A DNA stretch of 64,000 nt, taken from positions 96,001 through 160,000 of the forward strand of contig CAWFJP010000002.1 in NCBI GenBank assembly GCA_963816145.1, read 5' to 3'. Below, one piece after another: positions 9,631-19,850 of this stretch. The number at the start of each line of letters is the position of its first letter. The first letter of the stretch is position 1. This DNA comes from an uncultured delta proteobacterium. Its GTDB lineage: Bacteria > Desulfobacterota > Binatia > UBA9968. The position numbers and the translations under genes are program-made. The notes under the pieces are model-generated. The model saw only the letters and a list, made by a program, of their open reading frames with translations, had not been told where the DNA came from and did no database searches.

Positions 9631-9713
9631 GGTATGGATTTAGCCGTATGGTCAGTTGCAGGATGAAGGCGGTACGCTGACGGTTCGTCTTGATTCGCGG
9701 TTACAGTGTTGCG

Positions 9714-10913
9714 TTATTCAAACTTCTCGTATGGCAGGCCGACATAATTTTCCGCAAACACAGTTCTCCCGGCTTCGGATGCGGTCAGGTAATCAAGCTC
9801 GGAGATTTGTAAACGCCTGCTCATGGGATCGTCGTCAAATTTATGCAGAAGGGATGTATACCACCACGAAAAGCGGATCGCCTTCCAAACGCGGCGCAGG
9901 GCTGTTTCAGAATAACGATCGAGCAGGTCAGTTCGTTTTTCTTGATAATAGGCGCGCAGGGCACGGGAGAGATAATAAATATCCGAAGCGGCAAGGTTCA
10001 ATCCTTTTGCGCCTGTCGGCGGGACGATGTGCGCGGCATCGCCTGCCAGGAAGAGCCGACCAAAGCGCATCGGTTCAGCGACAAAACTATGCAGGGGCGT
10101 GATGCTCATTTCGAGACGGGGACCGGTTGTAACAGAATCAGCCGCATCGGGAGGAAGGCGGCGGCGCAGTTCATCCCAAAAGGCATCGTCGCTCCAATTA
10201 TCCACTTTATCTTCGGTCTCGCATTGAACATAGTAGCGACTGCGGGTGTGGGAGCGCATACTGCACAAGGCAAAGCCGCGTGCATGGTTGGCATAGAGGA
10301 GTTCATCCATGACAGGCGGCACATCGGAGAGAATTCCCAGCCAGCTGAACGGATAGGTTTTTTCAAAGGTTTTGATTTTATCTGCTGGGAGGCTTTGACG
10401 CGCAACGCCATGATAGCCATCACATCCGGCGACAAAATCGCAGACGAGTTCCCGGCGTTGGCCGTTTTGCTGGTATAGGATTCGTGGGGAATTCGTATCG
10501 CATCCTTCCACGTTGATGGCTGGCGCGTCGTAGTGGACCATTCCCCCTGCCTCTTCGATATGCGCTTTCATCAGGTCGTGGGTGATTTCGGTCTGGCCGT
10601 AGACCATCACAACTTTTCCATTGGTATGTTTGGGAAAATCAAACCGATCCAGCCGGCCGTCAAAGGCGATATTGATACCCTCGTGGATCAAACCCTCGCG
10701 ATCCATACGTTCGCCCGCTTTGGCTTCCCGCAACAAATCCGCCATGCCTTGTTCAATCACACCAGCGCGAATCCGGCCGAGCACATAATCGCGGCTGCGA
10801 CTCTCGATAATGACCGTGTCGATTCCTTGCAGATGGAGCAATCGTGCAAGCAGCAGGCCGGCTGGTCCTGATCCGATGATTCCGACTTGAGTTCTCATGT
10901 TTGTTCCTGTCAC
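9714..10913 (-). CDS. pobA: 4-hydroxybenzoate 3-monooxygenase
   Basis: RTQVGIIGSGPAGL, RIRAGV, YGQTEIT, GDAAHIVPPTGAKGLNLAASD, AENYVGLP. Confidence 0.95.
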   Translation of the reverse strand: MTGTNMRTQVGIIGSGPAGLLLARLLHLQGIDTVIIESRSRDYVLGRIRAGVIEQGMADLLREAKAGERMDREGLIHEGINIAFDGRLDRFDFPKHTNGKVVMVYGQTEITHDLMKAHIEEAGGMVHYDAPAINVEGCDTNSPRILYQQNGQRRELVCDFVAGCDGYHGVARQSLPADKIKTFEKTYPFSWLGILSDVPPVMDELLYANHARGFALCSMRSHTRSRYYVQCETEDKVDNWSDDAFWDELRRRLPPDAADSVTTGPRLEMSITPLHSFVAEPMRFGRLFLAGDAAHIVPPTGAKGLNLAASDIYYLSRALRAYYQEKRTDLLDRYSETALRRVWKAIRFSWWYTSLLHKFDDDPMSRRLQISELDYLTASEAGRTVFAENYVGLPYEKFE

Positions 10914-11480
10914 TTATTCAATCCCAAGCTCCGGATATTTCAACACTCCAATTCTATCTGGCACTCGCCTTCATGGCGCAGGTCGCGAACCTCGTTGACG
11001 GTATTCGATAAGCCGGTTCTATACAAACTTAATCGGCTTGGATAGACAGGGATCAATCTTTCCTCAGGCTAGGGCACAGAAAACGGAATTTAGCTGGAAG
11101 TTAAGAAGTATAATTCCTAGCCAGCAACCGGTGCGATTTACCGGACATGCGACTTGAGGAATTACCGAGTATCTCAAATACCAAGTCGCCGCCATGTTCG
11201 AGTCAACTTGTAAACGGTTGGGAGCGCGTCCCGAGTTGGCAGATCCAAGTTCAGACGCAACAATCTCGGCGCCTGGCGCGGTGAGCGGTTGAAACAAACC
11301 ACGGAGCAAGCCGAGAAGTTTCTTCACTCAATCAGCGTAACCGATCCAAGAATACGGCGACGCCCGCATCGGCTCCCCTTGTCAAATCACAGGTCATAAG
11401 ATAATTGGAAGCATGGTCCGAAAAGATATTTTCAAATTCGCGAGATCGCAGACCTAATCTGCGATTCCAAAGGAGATATC

Positions 11481-12056
11481 ATGTCGTCCATTCGCCCGAC
11501 AAAGTTCGCCCACGTGCTTTACCGCACCCGCCGTTTCGAGCAGATGTTGCGCTGGTATGAAACCGTTTTCGACGCCAAGGTCCAGTACCAGAACCCAGCG
11601 CTGGCGTTCCTGACCTATGATGACGAACACCACCGATTTGCGTTTGCCAACTTGTCGATTCTCCAGCCTGACGGCGCCGAGACCGATCGTCAGGGAATGA
11701 TCGGTGTCGACCACGTCGCCTATACTTATGCGTCCTTGAACGACCTCTTGGAAAAATACGCGCAACTCAAGGGGAACGGAATCTGTCCATACTGGAGCGT
11801 CCATCACGGCATCACGGTTTCGATGTACTACGCCGATCCCGACGGCAATCAGATGGAGTTTCAGGTCGATAGTTTCAGTTCGAGTGAAGACACCATCGCT
11901 TTCATGAACAGTCAGTTCAGCACCAACCCCATCGGTGTCGAGTACGACCCCGACGACTGGCTTGCACGTCTGCGCGCCGGGGCGCCGGTGGCCGATTTTC
12001 TGAAGCGCCAGGTACACGAACCCATGTCGCAGATCCGGGGCTCGATTTCCAGTTAG
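11481..12056 (+). CDS. VOC family protein (extradiol dioxygenase-like)
   Basis: FAHVLYRT, YDDEHHR, DHVAYTY, HHGITVSMYYADPDGNQMEFQ; SD AAGGAG. Confidence 0.85.
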   Translation: MSSIRPTKFAHVLYRTRRFEQMLRWYETVFDAKVQYQNPALAFLTYDDEHHRFAFANLSILQPDGAETDRQGMIGVDHVAYTYASLNDLLEKYAQLKGNGICPYWSVHHGITVSMYYADPDGNQMEFQVDSFSSSEDTIAFMNSQFSTNPIGVEYDPDDWLARLRAGAPVADFLKRQVHEPMSQIRGSISS

Positions 12057-12206
12057 TTCGGCACCTCAATACAATTTACTCAGTCGGCGTAATATCGTCG
12101 TTCCGGGCAGCCTTGGGCGTTGTTTCAATCACCCCGGGCTTTTGCTGCGTCAGTTCATCGAAATCCAAGGTCGGTCCGTGACTCTGGCGCTTTCCAATCT
12201 AACTGA

Positions 12207-13555
12207 ATGCCATCAACTTCGAACCCGCAGCTTAGCTTTATGAAAATACTTCCCAGCCATCAACTGAGTTGGATTGTCGCCGTGGTCTGCATGGCAATCA
12301 CGACTGTTCTTTGGGCTGCTGCTCGATTTCCCGGGGCGATGCCGGCTAACTATCTGCCCTGGCGTGCGCTTTCACAGCTTACCATTCTGTGGTCAGTAAC
12401 CTTAATGGCGATCGCCATGATCGCGGTTGTGCGCGCCCACGCCTTCGAGCCGGTTTTTGGCGGTCTCGATCGGGCCGTACGTTTCCATAGAATCGTCGGG
12501 CCATCAGCGATCGTTCTTCTCATCGCACATGTAATTCTTTTGGCTCTTGACGCGCTTCGAAATGGCGCTTCGATCGGCGATTTATTCATCCCTTTTTGGT
12601 CGCAGTCGGCACGTTCGATCGATATTCTCGCCTTCTATCTGCTCTTACTGCTCGGAGGCCTTGCCTATGATCACCGTATGAGCTACGAGCGCTGGCTGTT
12701 TCTTCATCGGTTTCTCGGCCCACTTTTCCTCGCTGGCACGGCGCATGCGGCCATGGAACCTGGAACGATCGCGGATTTCGAGCCGTTGAGGACGTGGATA
12801 GTGATTCTCGTACTGGCTGGAGGGGGCGCGTGGCTCTATCGCGTGCTGCTGTTCGACCGGCTGGGGCCACGCTATTATTATCGTCTCGCAGCGGTCACTT
12901 CACGCGGAAACGATATCGTTGAACTGGTGATGCGTCCGGTCGACCGGCGCATGATGTACGAACCCGGGACTTTTGTCTTCCTGCGGGTGCCGGATTTGGA
13001 AGGGCCGAAAAAGAACTTCATCCATTTTCCCTCACCTCTTCTCCGGTTGATCGGGACCTGCGCTTGTCGATCCGCATGATCGGAGATTTCACACGCCGTT
13101 TAGTCTCGCTCGACACCGGCAAGCAGGTTGAAGTATATGGTCCGTTCGGCGGCTTCACCCCGCACCGCTTTGCTCGTTACCGTCGTCTCGTCTGCATCGG
13201 CGCAGGCGTTGGCATCACGCCATTTCTCGGCATGCTCGCTTTTGAAGTTAGTAATCGGGATTTCCGGAGGATCTGGCTCTACTACGTCGTCCGCAACAAC
13301 GAGGACGCGGTCTACGACACAGAAATTAGCCAGAGCTACTTGAATGCGGAATCCTATGTTGACTATGTTTTGTGGGCAACGGCGCGCCAGGGAAGGATCA
13401 CCGCCGCTGCAATTGCCGCCGAGATCGCACCCCTGGATGACTACGCCGTAATGCTGTGCGGCCAGATAAGCTTCGTTTCGGAGCTTACCTGGCAGTTCCG
13501 AGAGCTCGGCATACCGTCCGACCGGATTATCACCGAAGAGTTCGAATTTCGCTAG
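12207..13555 (+). CDS. Ferric reductase-like membrane flavocytochrome, frameshifted near 13010
   Basis: TM part with His pairs (RFHRIVG...AH; FLHRF...AH); NAD-binding GPFG, GAGVGITPF, LCG, EEF continue in the next frame (13064..13555). Confidence 0.8.
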
Positions 13556-13595
13556 CCGTTGCAATAACTCTGAGCGCGGTAAAGATAGAGCGGCG

Positions 13596-13931
13596 TTACC
13601 GAAAGCTATTCAACGCCTCGTCTCTTGAACCCAGTATCGAAAGAATGGAGAAAAAGCCGACGATGTCAAAGACTTCCTTGACGGGTTCCTGCAAGGAGCA
13701 AAGCACCAGCTTGCCCCCCGCAGGATTCAAACGTTTGGACGCGAGGAGAAAGACTCTGAGCCCCGCGCTGCTGCAATAGTCGAGCTGGGAGAGATCAATC
13801 ACGAGTCGTGTTTCTCCCGCGTCGATCGTCGCAAGAGTTTTTTCCTCAAACATCTTCGAGGTGATGGCATCGAGGCGTCCTTCCAGACCGATAATTAGCA
13901 CACCTTCGTTTCTCTCTTCGTAAATGTTCAT
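13596..13931 (-). CDS. STAS anti-sigma factor antagonist
   Basis: GRLDA, LDYCSSAGLRV, VKEVFDIVGF; start overlaps the upstream stop (ATGA). Confidence 0.92.
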   Translation of the reverse strand: MNIYEERNEGVLIIGLEGRLDAITSKMFEEKTLATIDAGETRLVIDLSQLDYCSSAGLRVFLLASKRLNPAGGKLVLCSLQEPVKEVFDIVGFFSILSILGSRDEALNSFR

Positions 13932-14356
13932 GGTTGAGCTCCTTTCAAATTTATTCTCATAACCAGGCGGTTTTTGTCGTTCTGCCTGCGATATTCCAAT
14001 TCATCGATCAACTTGCGCACAAGGTGAATTCCCAAGCCGCCGATCGGTCGCGCCACGAGTGATTGTTTCGTGTTCGCCTCGGGGGACTCTAAAGGATTGA
14101 AGGGCCTGCCGCCATCCTCCACTTCGGCGGTCCATTTTCCCTGTTCCAGGGAGAAGCGAGCGGTAATGTGATGCTCCCCGGGATCGTCGTAGCCATAAGA
14201 GATAACGTTGGTCAGAATCTCGTCCAAAGCGAGTTTCATGTTGTATACGATTTTCACCTCGATTTGATGGCGTCGGCCGAAATCGTCGACTATACGCGCG
14301 AGTCGTGCTATCTCGGAGAGCTGGTTTTTGAGATCCACAGCGACGACTTCACTCAT
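13928..14356 (-). CDS. RsbW/SpoIIAB-like anti-sigma Ser kinase
   Basis: LDEILTNVISYGY, EDGGRPFNP, GGLGIHLV. Confidence 0.92.
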   Translation of the reverse strand: MSEVVAVDLKNQLSEIARLARIVDDFGRRHQIEVKIVYNMKLALDEILTNVISYGYDDPGEHHITARFSLEQGKWTAEVEDGGRPFNPLESPEANTKQSLVARPIGGLGIHLVRKLIDELEYRRQNDKNRLVMRINLKGAQP

Positions 14357-15888
14357 GATTGCGCCACTTTCAGCAGGAATTTCAAGGCCAAGACGGTAAT
14401 GTCGTCCGACTGGGGAGTGCCGGCAGAATGGCTCCTTACATTCTCGACGGTGCCGTGAACGATCTCGGAAACGGAGGAACTGTTGGCCCGATGTAAAAAA
14501 TCCTCCAAACGAAGTTCAGAATATTGATTCCCGCCCTCATCCATCGCTTCGGTTACGCCGTCGGTGTAAAGAAAAAGTCGATCCCCGCCCTGCAGCCTGA
14601 CTTTCTCCGACCGGAAGGTCGCGTCTTCCATAATACCCAGCGCCATCCCGCCGGTATTCTTCAAAGGCTTGATTTCATCCTGGCTGACAAAGTAGGGAAG
14701 ATTGTGGCCGCCATTGCTGTATTCCACCTCTCCTGTGCGAGTATCCAAATTGGCGCAAAAAACGGTGACGAACATGCATGAATCATTGTCCTGGCACAGC
14801 TCGCGATTTAACAAGGACAAAATTTCATCCGGCCGGCTCACTTTGCCGGCAGTAGTCCTAAAAAGGGTCCTGGTCACGGCCATAAATAAAGCCGCAGGAA
14901 TCCCTTTACCCGATACATCGCCGATCGCGAAATAGAGGTGGTTGTCGTCGATGAAAAAGAAATCATAAAAGTCTCCCCCTACTTCCCGCGCCGGAACCAG
15001 CGTCGCGTAAAGGTCAAACTCGGGTCTGTGCGGAAACGGAGGAAATAGCTTTGGCACCATGCTCATCTGGATGTCGTGGGCAATTTTGAGTTCGCTTTCA
15101 ATCCGTTCTCTGATCGCCGTGGTTTCCTTGAGTTCTTTCACGGACTGCCTGAGCGAACGCTCCATCGTAATGAAAGATTCGGCCAGTTTTCCCACTTCGT
15201 CGCGGGAATTGGCGGGCAAATGGCTGATCTCCGACGGCCCATTCTCCGGTTCGGAAAAGTCCTGAGTGGCCAACGTCCCGGCGTGGTCCGCGAGCTGTTT
15301 GAGCGGTTGAGATATCCGCTTCACCAGCACATAGGCAGTGAGCACGCTCAATAGAAAAATCGCAAACATGAGCCCCTGCTGGGTCGCCACGGTTGACCAG
15401 ATGCGCGCACGGATTATGGTCCTATCCATTCCGACATGCACGTATCCCGCGACGCCAGCCAGAATTGGCAGGGCGACATCGAGGAAGTCACCCATTCCTT
15501 CAATGCTGAGGTTGCTCGTTACCGCGCCGCCGTTAAAGGCTTGAGTTTGAGTCCGTCTCTGCAGTTCCACAACATCACCGGGTACCGCAGGAACAAAAGT
15601 ATGGGAGATGGCCTCCCCTTGTCCGTCGAAGACGATTACATAGGAAACTCCCTCGATCTCGGTGAACTGGTCCACCACCGACTGGATCGTCGACACATCG
15701 GCATTCAATAACAGTTCGACACTTGAGTCGGCGATGCTTTTTGCGATCGCCACGCCCTTGCTTCGATACTCTTGGGTAAGGTTTCGGTAAAGGTTCCAGC
15801 CCGATAAAATCGACGTGGCGGTGGCAATGATCCCGAACAAAACAACGATGAGCACAAGGGTCTTGGTAAAGAGGCTCGCCCGGGTCAT
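14353..15888 (-). CDS. Membrane HAMP + SpoIIE/PP2C phosphatase (RsbU-like)
   Basis: Two TM helices, HAMP (RDEVGKLA), EVGGDFYD, GDVSGKG, YTDGVTEA, SDDIT; ATG 15888 overlaps upstream stop. Confidence 0.92.
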   Translation of the reverse strand: MTRASLFTKTLVLIVVLFGIIATATSILSGWNLYRNLTQEYRSKGVAIAKSIADSSVELLLNADVSTIQSVVDQFTEIEGVSYVIVFDGQGEAISHTFVPAVPGDVVELQRRTQTQAFNGGAVTSNLSIEGMGDFLDVALPILAGVAGYVHVGMDRTIIRARIWSTVATQQGLMFAIFLLSVLTAYVLVKRISQPLKQLADHAGTLATQDFSEPENGPSEISHLPANSRDEVGKLAESFITMERSLRQSVKELKETTAIRERIESELKIAHDIQMSMVPKLFPPFPHRPEFDLYATLVPAREVGGDFYDFFFIDDNHLYFAIGDVSGKGIPAALFMAVTRTLFRTTAGKVSRPDEILSLLNRELCQDNDSCMFVTVFCANLDTRTGEVEYSNGGHNLPYFVSQDEIKPLKNTGGMALGIMEDATFRSEKVRLQGGDRLFLYTDGVTEAMDEGGNQYSELRLEDFLHRANSSSVSEIVHGTVENVRSHSAGTPQSDDITVLALKFLLKVAQS

Positions 15889-17120
15889 TTCTCCCACCCC
15901 CGCCAATCCGACAACGGAACAAACCGTTCCCCTTTCATTGTGGTGTAATAGACTTTGTCCAACCCCTGGTGTTTCTGCGGTCCGAAAGCGACCGGCGCAT
16001 CGATTCCCAAATCGGCACTTTTGATGCTTTCGACGGTTTCTTTAATGCGGCTTTTTGTTGGACCTGGTCCCATTCGTTTCAGGACTTCAACGAGAAGTTT
16101 TGCGTTAAGAAAACCCTCGAAACCGACATAGCTGTGAGGCAGCGGTGCATATCCCACTTCGGTAAGATCCTGAGGCGGGAGTGGTTGGTATTTATCCATT
16201 AGCTGGCGATATTCCCGCACCGCCGGCAGAGCGGTATCCTGATAACTGGGCACCACCTGCGAATTGATGAGATCTTTCTGAAAGTCCTTGCCCGCGGTCC
16301 GACTGCTTTGAAGCAATAGCTCCGCCATGTTCTCACTGCCGACAAAAGAGAGATTGGCGATCGGAATATTGAGCCCTGCAATCCGCGCATCTCTGATAAA
16401 CGCGGCGCAGACGGCGTAAGCCCCGATCGAGATGATAACATCAGCGGACGCTTTCTTGATGATCTCGACTTGCTCCTTGAAACTCTCAGAGTATTCGGCT
16501 CCTCTCCGATAGGTCGCTTCGCCAACCAATTTAAGACCAAATTTTTTCGCTAGAGCTTTTTTGACGCCGTCCCATCCGCTTCTTCCATAGGCATCGGCTT
16601 GATAGAAAACCGCGAGCCTGCTTCTGCCAGCAGAGACAAAGTTGTCGACCAACCCCTTGGTTTCATCGCTGTACGAAGCCCGCAGATTGAAAACATATTC
16701 TCCATAAGGAGGCTGCCTGAGGGGCTCGGCTCCGGTAAACGGAGTAAAAAGATAGACGAACCTACCTTTGTAGCTCTTTAGGAGGGGCAGCATCCTCGTC
16801 GCTGTCGGAGTCCCGACATAGTTGAAAAGCAGAAATGCATTGTCCTGCTCAATGAGTTTTATGGTGTTTCGAATCGCAGGGAGGGGGTTATAGCCGTCAT
16901 CGTAGGCCTTGATAACGATCTTCTGGCCGTAAATTCCTCCCGTTCGATTGACCTGCTCTAGGTAGGCGATCGAACCCCGGTAAAGCTCGATGCCGAGGCC
17001 TTTCGAGGGACCGGTAAATGCCGCGGACATGCCGATCACGATGTTTTCAGCAAGAAGTCTCGCGGGAAGAAACAAGAGAAGGATCAAAAAAATGATCGGT
17101 CGAATTCGATCGTTACTCAT
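15885..17120 (-). CDS. LivJ-type (Peripla_BP_6) ligand-binding protein
   Basis: Signal peptide, IGMSAAFTGP, YDDGYNP, VGTPT, FNLRASY. Confidence 0.88.
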   Translation of the reverse strand: MSNDRIRPIIFLILLLFLPARLLAENIVIGMSAAFTGPSKGLGIELYRGSIAYLEQVNRTGGIYGQKIVIKAYDDGYNPLPAIRNTIKLIEQDNAFLLFNYVGTPTATRMLPLLKSYKGRFVYLFTPFTGAEPLRQPPYGEYVFNLRASYSDETKGLVDNFVSAGRSRLAVFYQADAYGRSGWDGVKKALAKKFGLKLVGEATYRRGAEYSESFKEQVEIIKKASADVIISIGAYAVCAAFIRDARIAGLNIPIANLSFVGSENMAELLLQSSRTAGKDFQKDLINSQVVPSYQDTALPAVREYRQLMDKYQPLPPQDLTEVGYAPLPHSYVGFEGFLNAKLLVEVLKRMGPGPTKSRIKETVESIKSADLGIDAPVAFGPQKHQGLDKVYYTTMKGERFVPLSDWRGWEK

Positions 17121-17130
17121 GCGCGGCCAA

Positions 17131-18876
17131 CTAAATTGACTGGAGCGCTGGTAGTCTCATGACGAATTCGGCACCACCACTTTCCTGGTTGCATTCGAGG
17201 CTGCCGCCGAGCCACCCGAGGGTTCTGTTGTAGAGATCAAGGCGGCGTTTGCCGAACGCAACTGGATCCATCCGTTCCCGGCTTGAAAGTCGAATTTGCA
17301 CTTGGCCTGACGCTACACGAGTGGCAATGCGAATATGCTTCACGCCTATTCCGGCCATTCCTTCCATCAAGTTGGTCAATATATCGTCGAGTCGCTCCGC
17401 TCCTATGTTTGCGTTCGTTTCCTGCGGTGCGGGCGTGAATTCGAAATCGATATTTCTCAGTGGCGAATGCGCCTCCAACCGGCGCGTGAGGGCCTGTAGA
17501 AAAGCTTGGTCATCGTCGACCGCTTCCATCAAATCGTTGGGTTGTGCTGATTGAGCTCCCTTGGCCCGTTTCAGCAGCTCCGCGATCACTTCGTTTGCGG
17601 CTTTCGGTTGTTCCGTCCGGAGAAATTGTAGGCCGTGCACGACGCTCAGGAAGTCCAGAAGCCGTCGCTGGGCTCGGTCAACGAGGTGGAAGTCCAGGAT
17701 TTGCTGCACATGCTCTGCGGCAAGGATCAGTCTCAGTGACCTGGCGACCTGCACCCCCTTAAGCACTACGGTCCATTCGGGTACGGCGCTAGTGTTGAAC
17801 GCTTCCGCGATGCGGCGAAAGTCGGACAGGATGCCGTCGATCCGGTCAATATCCAAGGTCGCAAGAATGCGCCCGGCCGCGCTCTCCTCCTCGAGCAAGG
17901 ATAGATAGTAGGAGATTGTGTACAGGCGGCCGGAAAAGATTGTCAACAGCGCTGTCGTATCTTCCAGCAGTTCATCCACGTAGATCTTGAGAGCGCTGAT
18001 GCGTTCGGCGTCCAAGAGCGGGACATCGGTCAGATCGGAGGCCTCGGCTTCCATCATCCGGAACTTTTCCCGCATGCTTTGCGCCGAAATACAGTAACCG
18101 TGGCCGGGACAGCAAACTGCCATTTCGGATGTTTCGAGAAGCCAATTCACCTTGTGCAAGCTTTGCAATAGATCGGCATGGTTCCAACCGTTGAGGCCAC
18201 ACACACCGGGATTGGCAGCAAAGGGCAAATCCCCAAGGATAAGCAACGATCCAACTCGCAGCGATATGCTGCAAGGCGAATGCCCGGGAGTATGATAGAT
18301 CTCAAGCCGATTGCGGTCACCGAGAGAAAGCCATTGGCGTTGCAGCGTTGCGCCATCGGGCATTGCGATTGGCTCGGTATGTAGTTCGATTCGTCGACCG
18401 TCGTCCAGTTCGAATGCTGATGGCTCGGACTCAGGGCTTGAGCGAAATAAGATTCCCTCGAATGGCGCGGCGCATATGGCGGGGTTCCCAAGGTAAAGAT
18501 AGGCAACCGTCAAGTTGGGGTCTCGGTTTTTCATCGCTTCGACTCCCGCCTGGTGGGCGAAGCGCTTGATTTCTATTCCCTTCGGAAGCTCGAGACCGCC
18601 CGCCTCCTGTGAGTGGTCTTGATGGCAGTGAGTAAGGAAGACGAGGACGGGCCGTCGCGCTAGCGCCAGGGCATCGGTTAGAACTCCGCTTATCTGCCGC
18701 GTTTGCTCCCGGTTGGCGCCGGGATCGACGACTACCAGCGCGTCGGGGGCGGAAAAAATGTAACAATTGGAGGAAACGCAATTGGTCTTGGGTATGATCG
18801 GAAAGATTTCGACGGAGTCGGCGCCGGGCACTCGTTGCCAAACGTTTGCTTCGATCTTAATGCTGGATTCGCGCAT
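17131..18876 (-). CDS. Metallo-beta-lactamase-fold hydrolase fused to a degenerate HATPase-like C-terminus
   Basis: THCHQDH, HTPGH, GD, PGHG; C-terminal RLDDILTNL ... GGSL ... EFVMRLP. Confidence 0.75.
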   Translation of the reverse strand: MRESSIKIEANVWQRVPGADSVEIFPIIPKTNCVSSNCYIFSAPDALVVVDPGANREQTRQISGVLTDALALARRPVLVFLTHCHQDHSQEAGGLELPKGIEIKRFAHQAGVEAMKNRDPNLTVAYLYLGNPAICAAPFEGILFRSSPESEPSAFELDDGRRIELHTEPIAMPDGATLQRQWLSLGDRNRLEIYHTPGHSPCSISLRVGSLLILGDLPFAANPGVCGLNGWNHADLLQSLHKVNWLLETSEMAVCCPGHGYCISAQSMREKFRMMEAEASDLTDVPLLDAERISALKIYVDELLEDTTALLTIFSGRLYTISYYLSLLEEESAAGRILATLDIDRIDGILSDFRRIAEAFNTSAVPEWTVVLKGVQVARSLRLILAAEHVQQILDFHLVDRAQRRLLDFLSVVHGLQFLRTEQPKAANEVIAELLKRAKGAQSAQPNDLMEAVDDDQAFLQALTRRLEAHSPLRNIDFEFTPAPQETNANIGAERLDDILTNLMEGMAGIGVKHIRIATRVASGQVQIRLSSRERMDPVAFGKRRLDLYNRTLGWLGGSLECNQESGGAEFVMRLPALQSI

Positions 18877-18909
18877 GGCGCTGGTTTCCTCTCGACGAGG
18901 CATGCGAGG

Positions 18910-19224
18910 TTACGAGTTCACGTCAATGAATGATGTGAAACCTGCTAGATTTAAGAGACTATGGATTTGTTGCGGGACGTTTAGGAGTCGCAACCGTTCG
19001 CCTCGTTTTTGCAGCGCCTTGGCGGCCAGCAGCAAGACGCGTAGACCGGCGCTGCTCAGGTACGAGACCTGCGCCAAGTCGAGCTGCACCGCGCCGCTTG
19101 GGCTTTCAGCGGCATGCAGCAGTGGTTCCTGCAGCGCGGCGGCGGTCGTGCTATCCACCGGCCCCACGGCATGGAGAACGATAGTCGACGCCAATTGCTC
19201 AAACCTGACTTCCAGCTCTTTCAT
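18910..19224 (-). CDS. STAS anti-sigma factor antagonist
   Basis: GPVDS, VSYLSSAGLRVLL, LAGF. Confidence 0.9.
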   Translation of the reverse strand: MKELEVRFEQLASTIVLHAVGPVDSTTAAALQEPLLHAAESPSGAVQLDLAQVSYLSSAGLRVLLLAAKALQKRGERLRLLNVPQQIHSLLNLAGFTSFIDVNS

Positions 19225-19850
19225 TCTTTTGCCCCTAATGATCGTTGGTACTGGACGTTATCGAAATCGGCAGCAGATATCCAGGTTTTTTCGTAAGCCA
19301 AGGCCAAGGCGGCAGAGCGATTTCTTGGCATTGCGTAACCGGTCGAACGGCAAGAGGCCCGGGGTTCCGTGAGCTGTGCAGGAGCAAGCGGGTCAGGTGA
19401 CCGTCGCAAGGTCGAAGTTCATGACAGTCCAAGAACTCCTGACAACCACACTGACAGTAAGCGCTATGAATGTGAACGCAGCAAGGCGCCTTGGAATCGA
19501 CGGCGGCATACAAGCCCCGATCTCTTTGAACAAATGCCAGATCAAGGCGCTGCGGGCGTTGCGGGCGGAGCGCCTTTGAAGCTGTTGCCCAGCCTTCGGT
19601 TGTCTGCCGAGCGAACTCGGCTACCGCATGCGCCGCATTGTTGAAGGCGAAGTTGCCGGCCTCGATCGACAGGGTCATGCAGTCCGTGTTTTTCGAAACG
19701 ATTTCCATTGCGGTAATATCAATGAGCGCCAAGATACAAGCTCTGCTCTTGTTCCAATCACCCGCGTCACATCTACCCCAGGCGAACATTGATTGAAAGA
19801 CATAATTCCCCCGCACCGTCCTCGTAACGCTTTACCTTGCGTTCACAAAC

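Noticed and set aside
10915-10955. Possible further TGGAGTGW-family half element before pobA
   Set aside because: Only one clear unit (AACACTCCA); too degenerate to support.
11064-11327. 87-aa minus-strand ORF upstream of pobA
   Set aside because: No recognisable motif or clear RBS; cannot be supported.
12990-13070. Programmed frameshift in the ferric reductase gene (also cox3, TPP enzyme and SBP)
   Set aside because: Single-base shifts are scattered over unrelated genes with no shared slippery signal; read error is more parsimonious.
19235-19816. 193-aa Cys/His-containing ORF upstream of the STAS operon
   Set aside because: No family motif and atypical composition; probably spurious or a decayed remnant.
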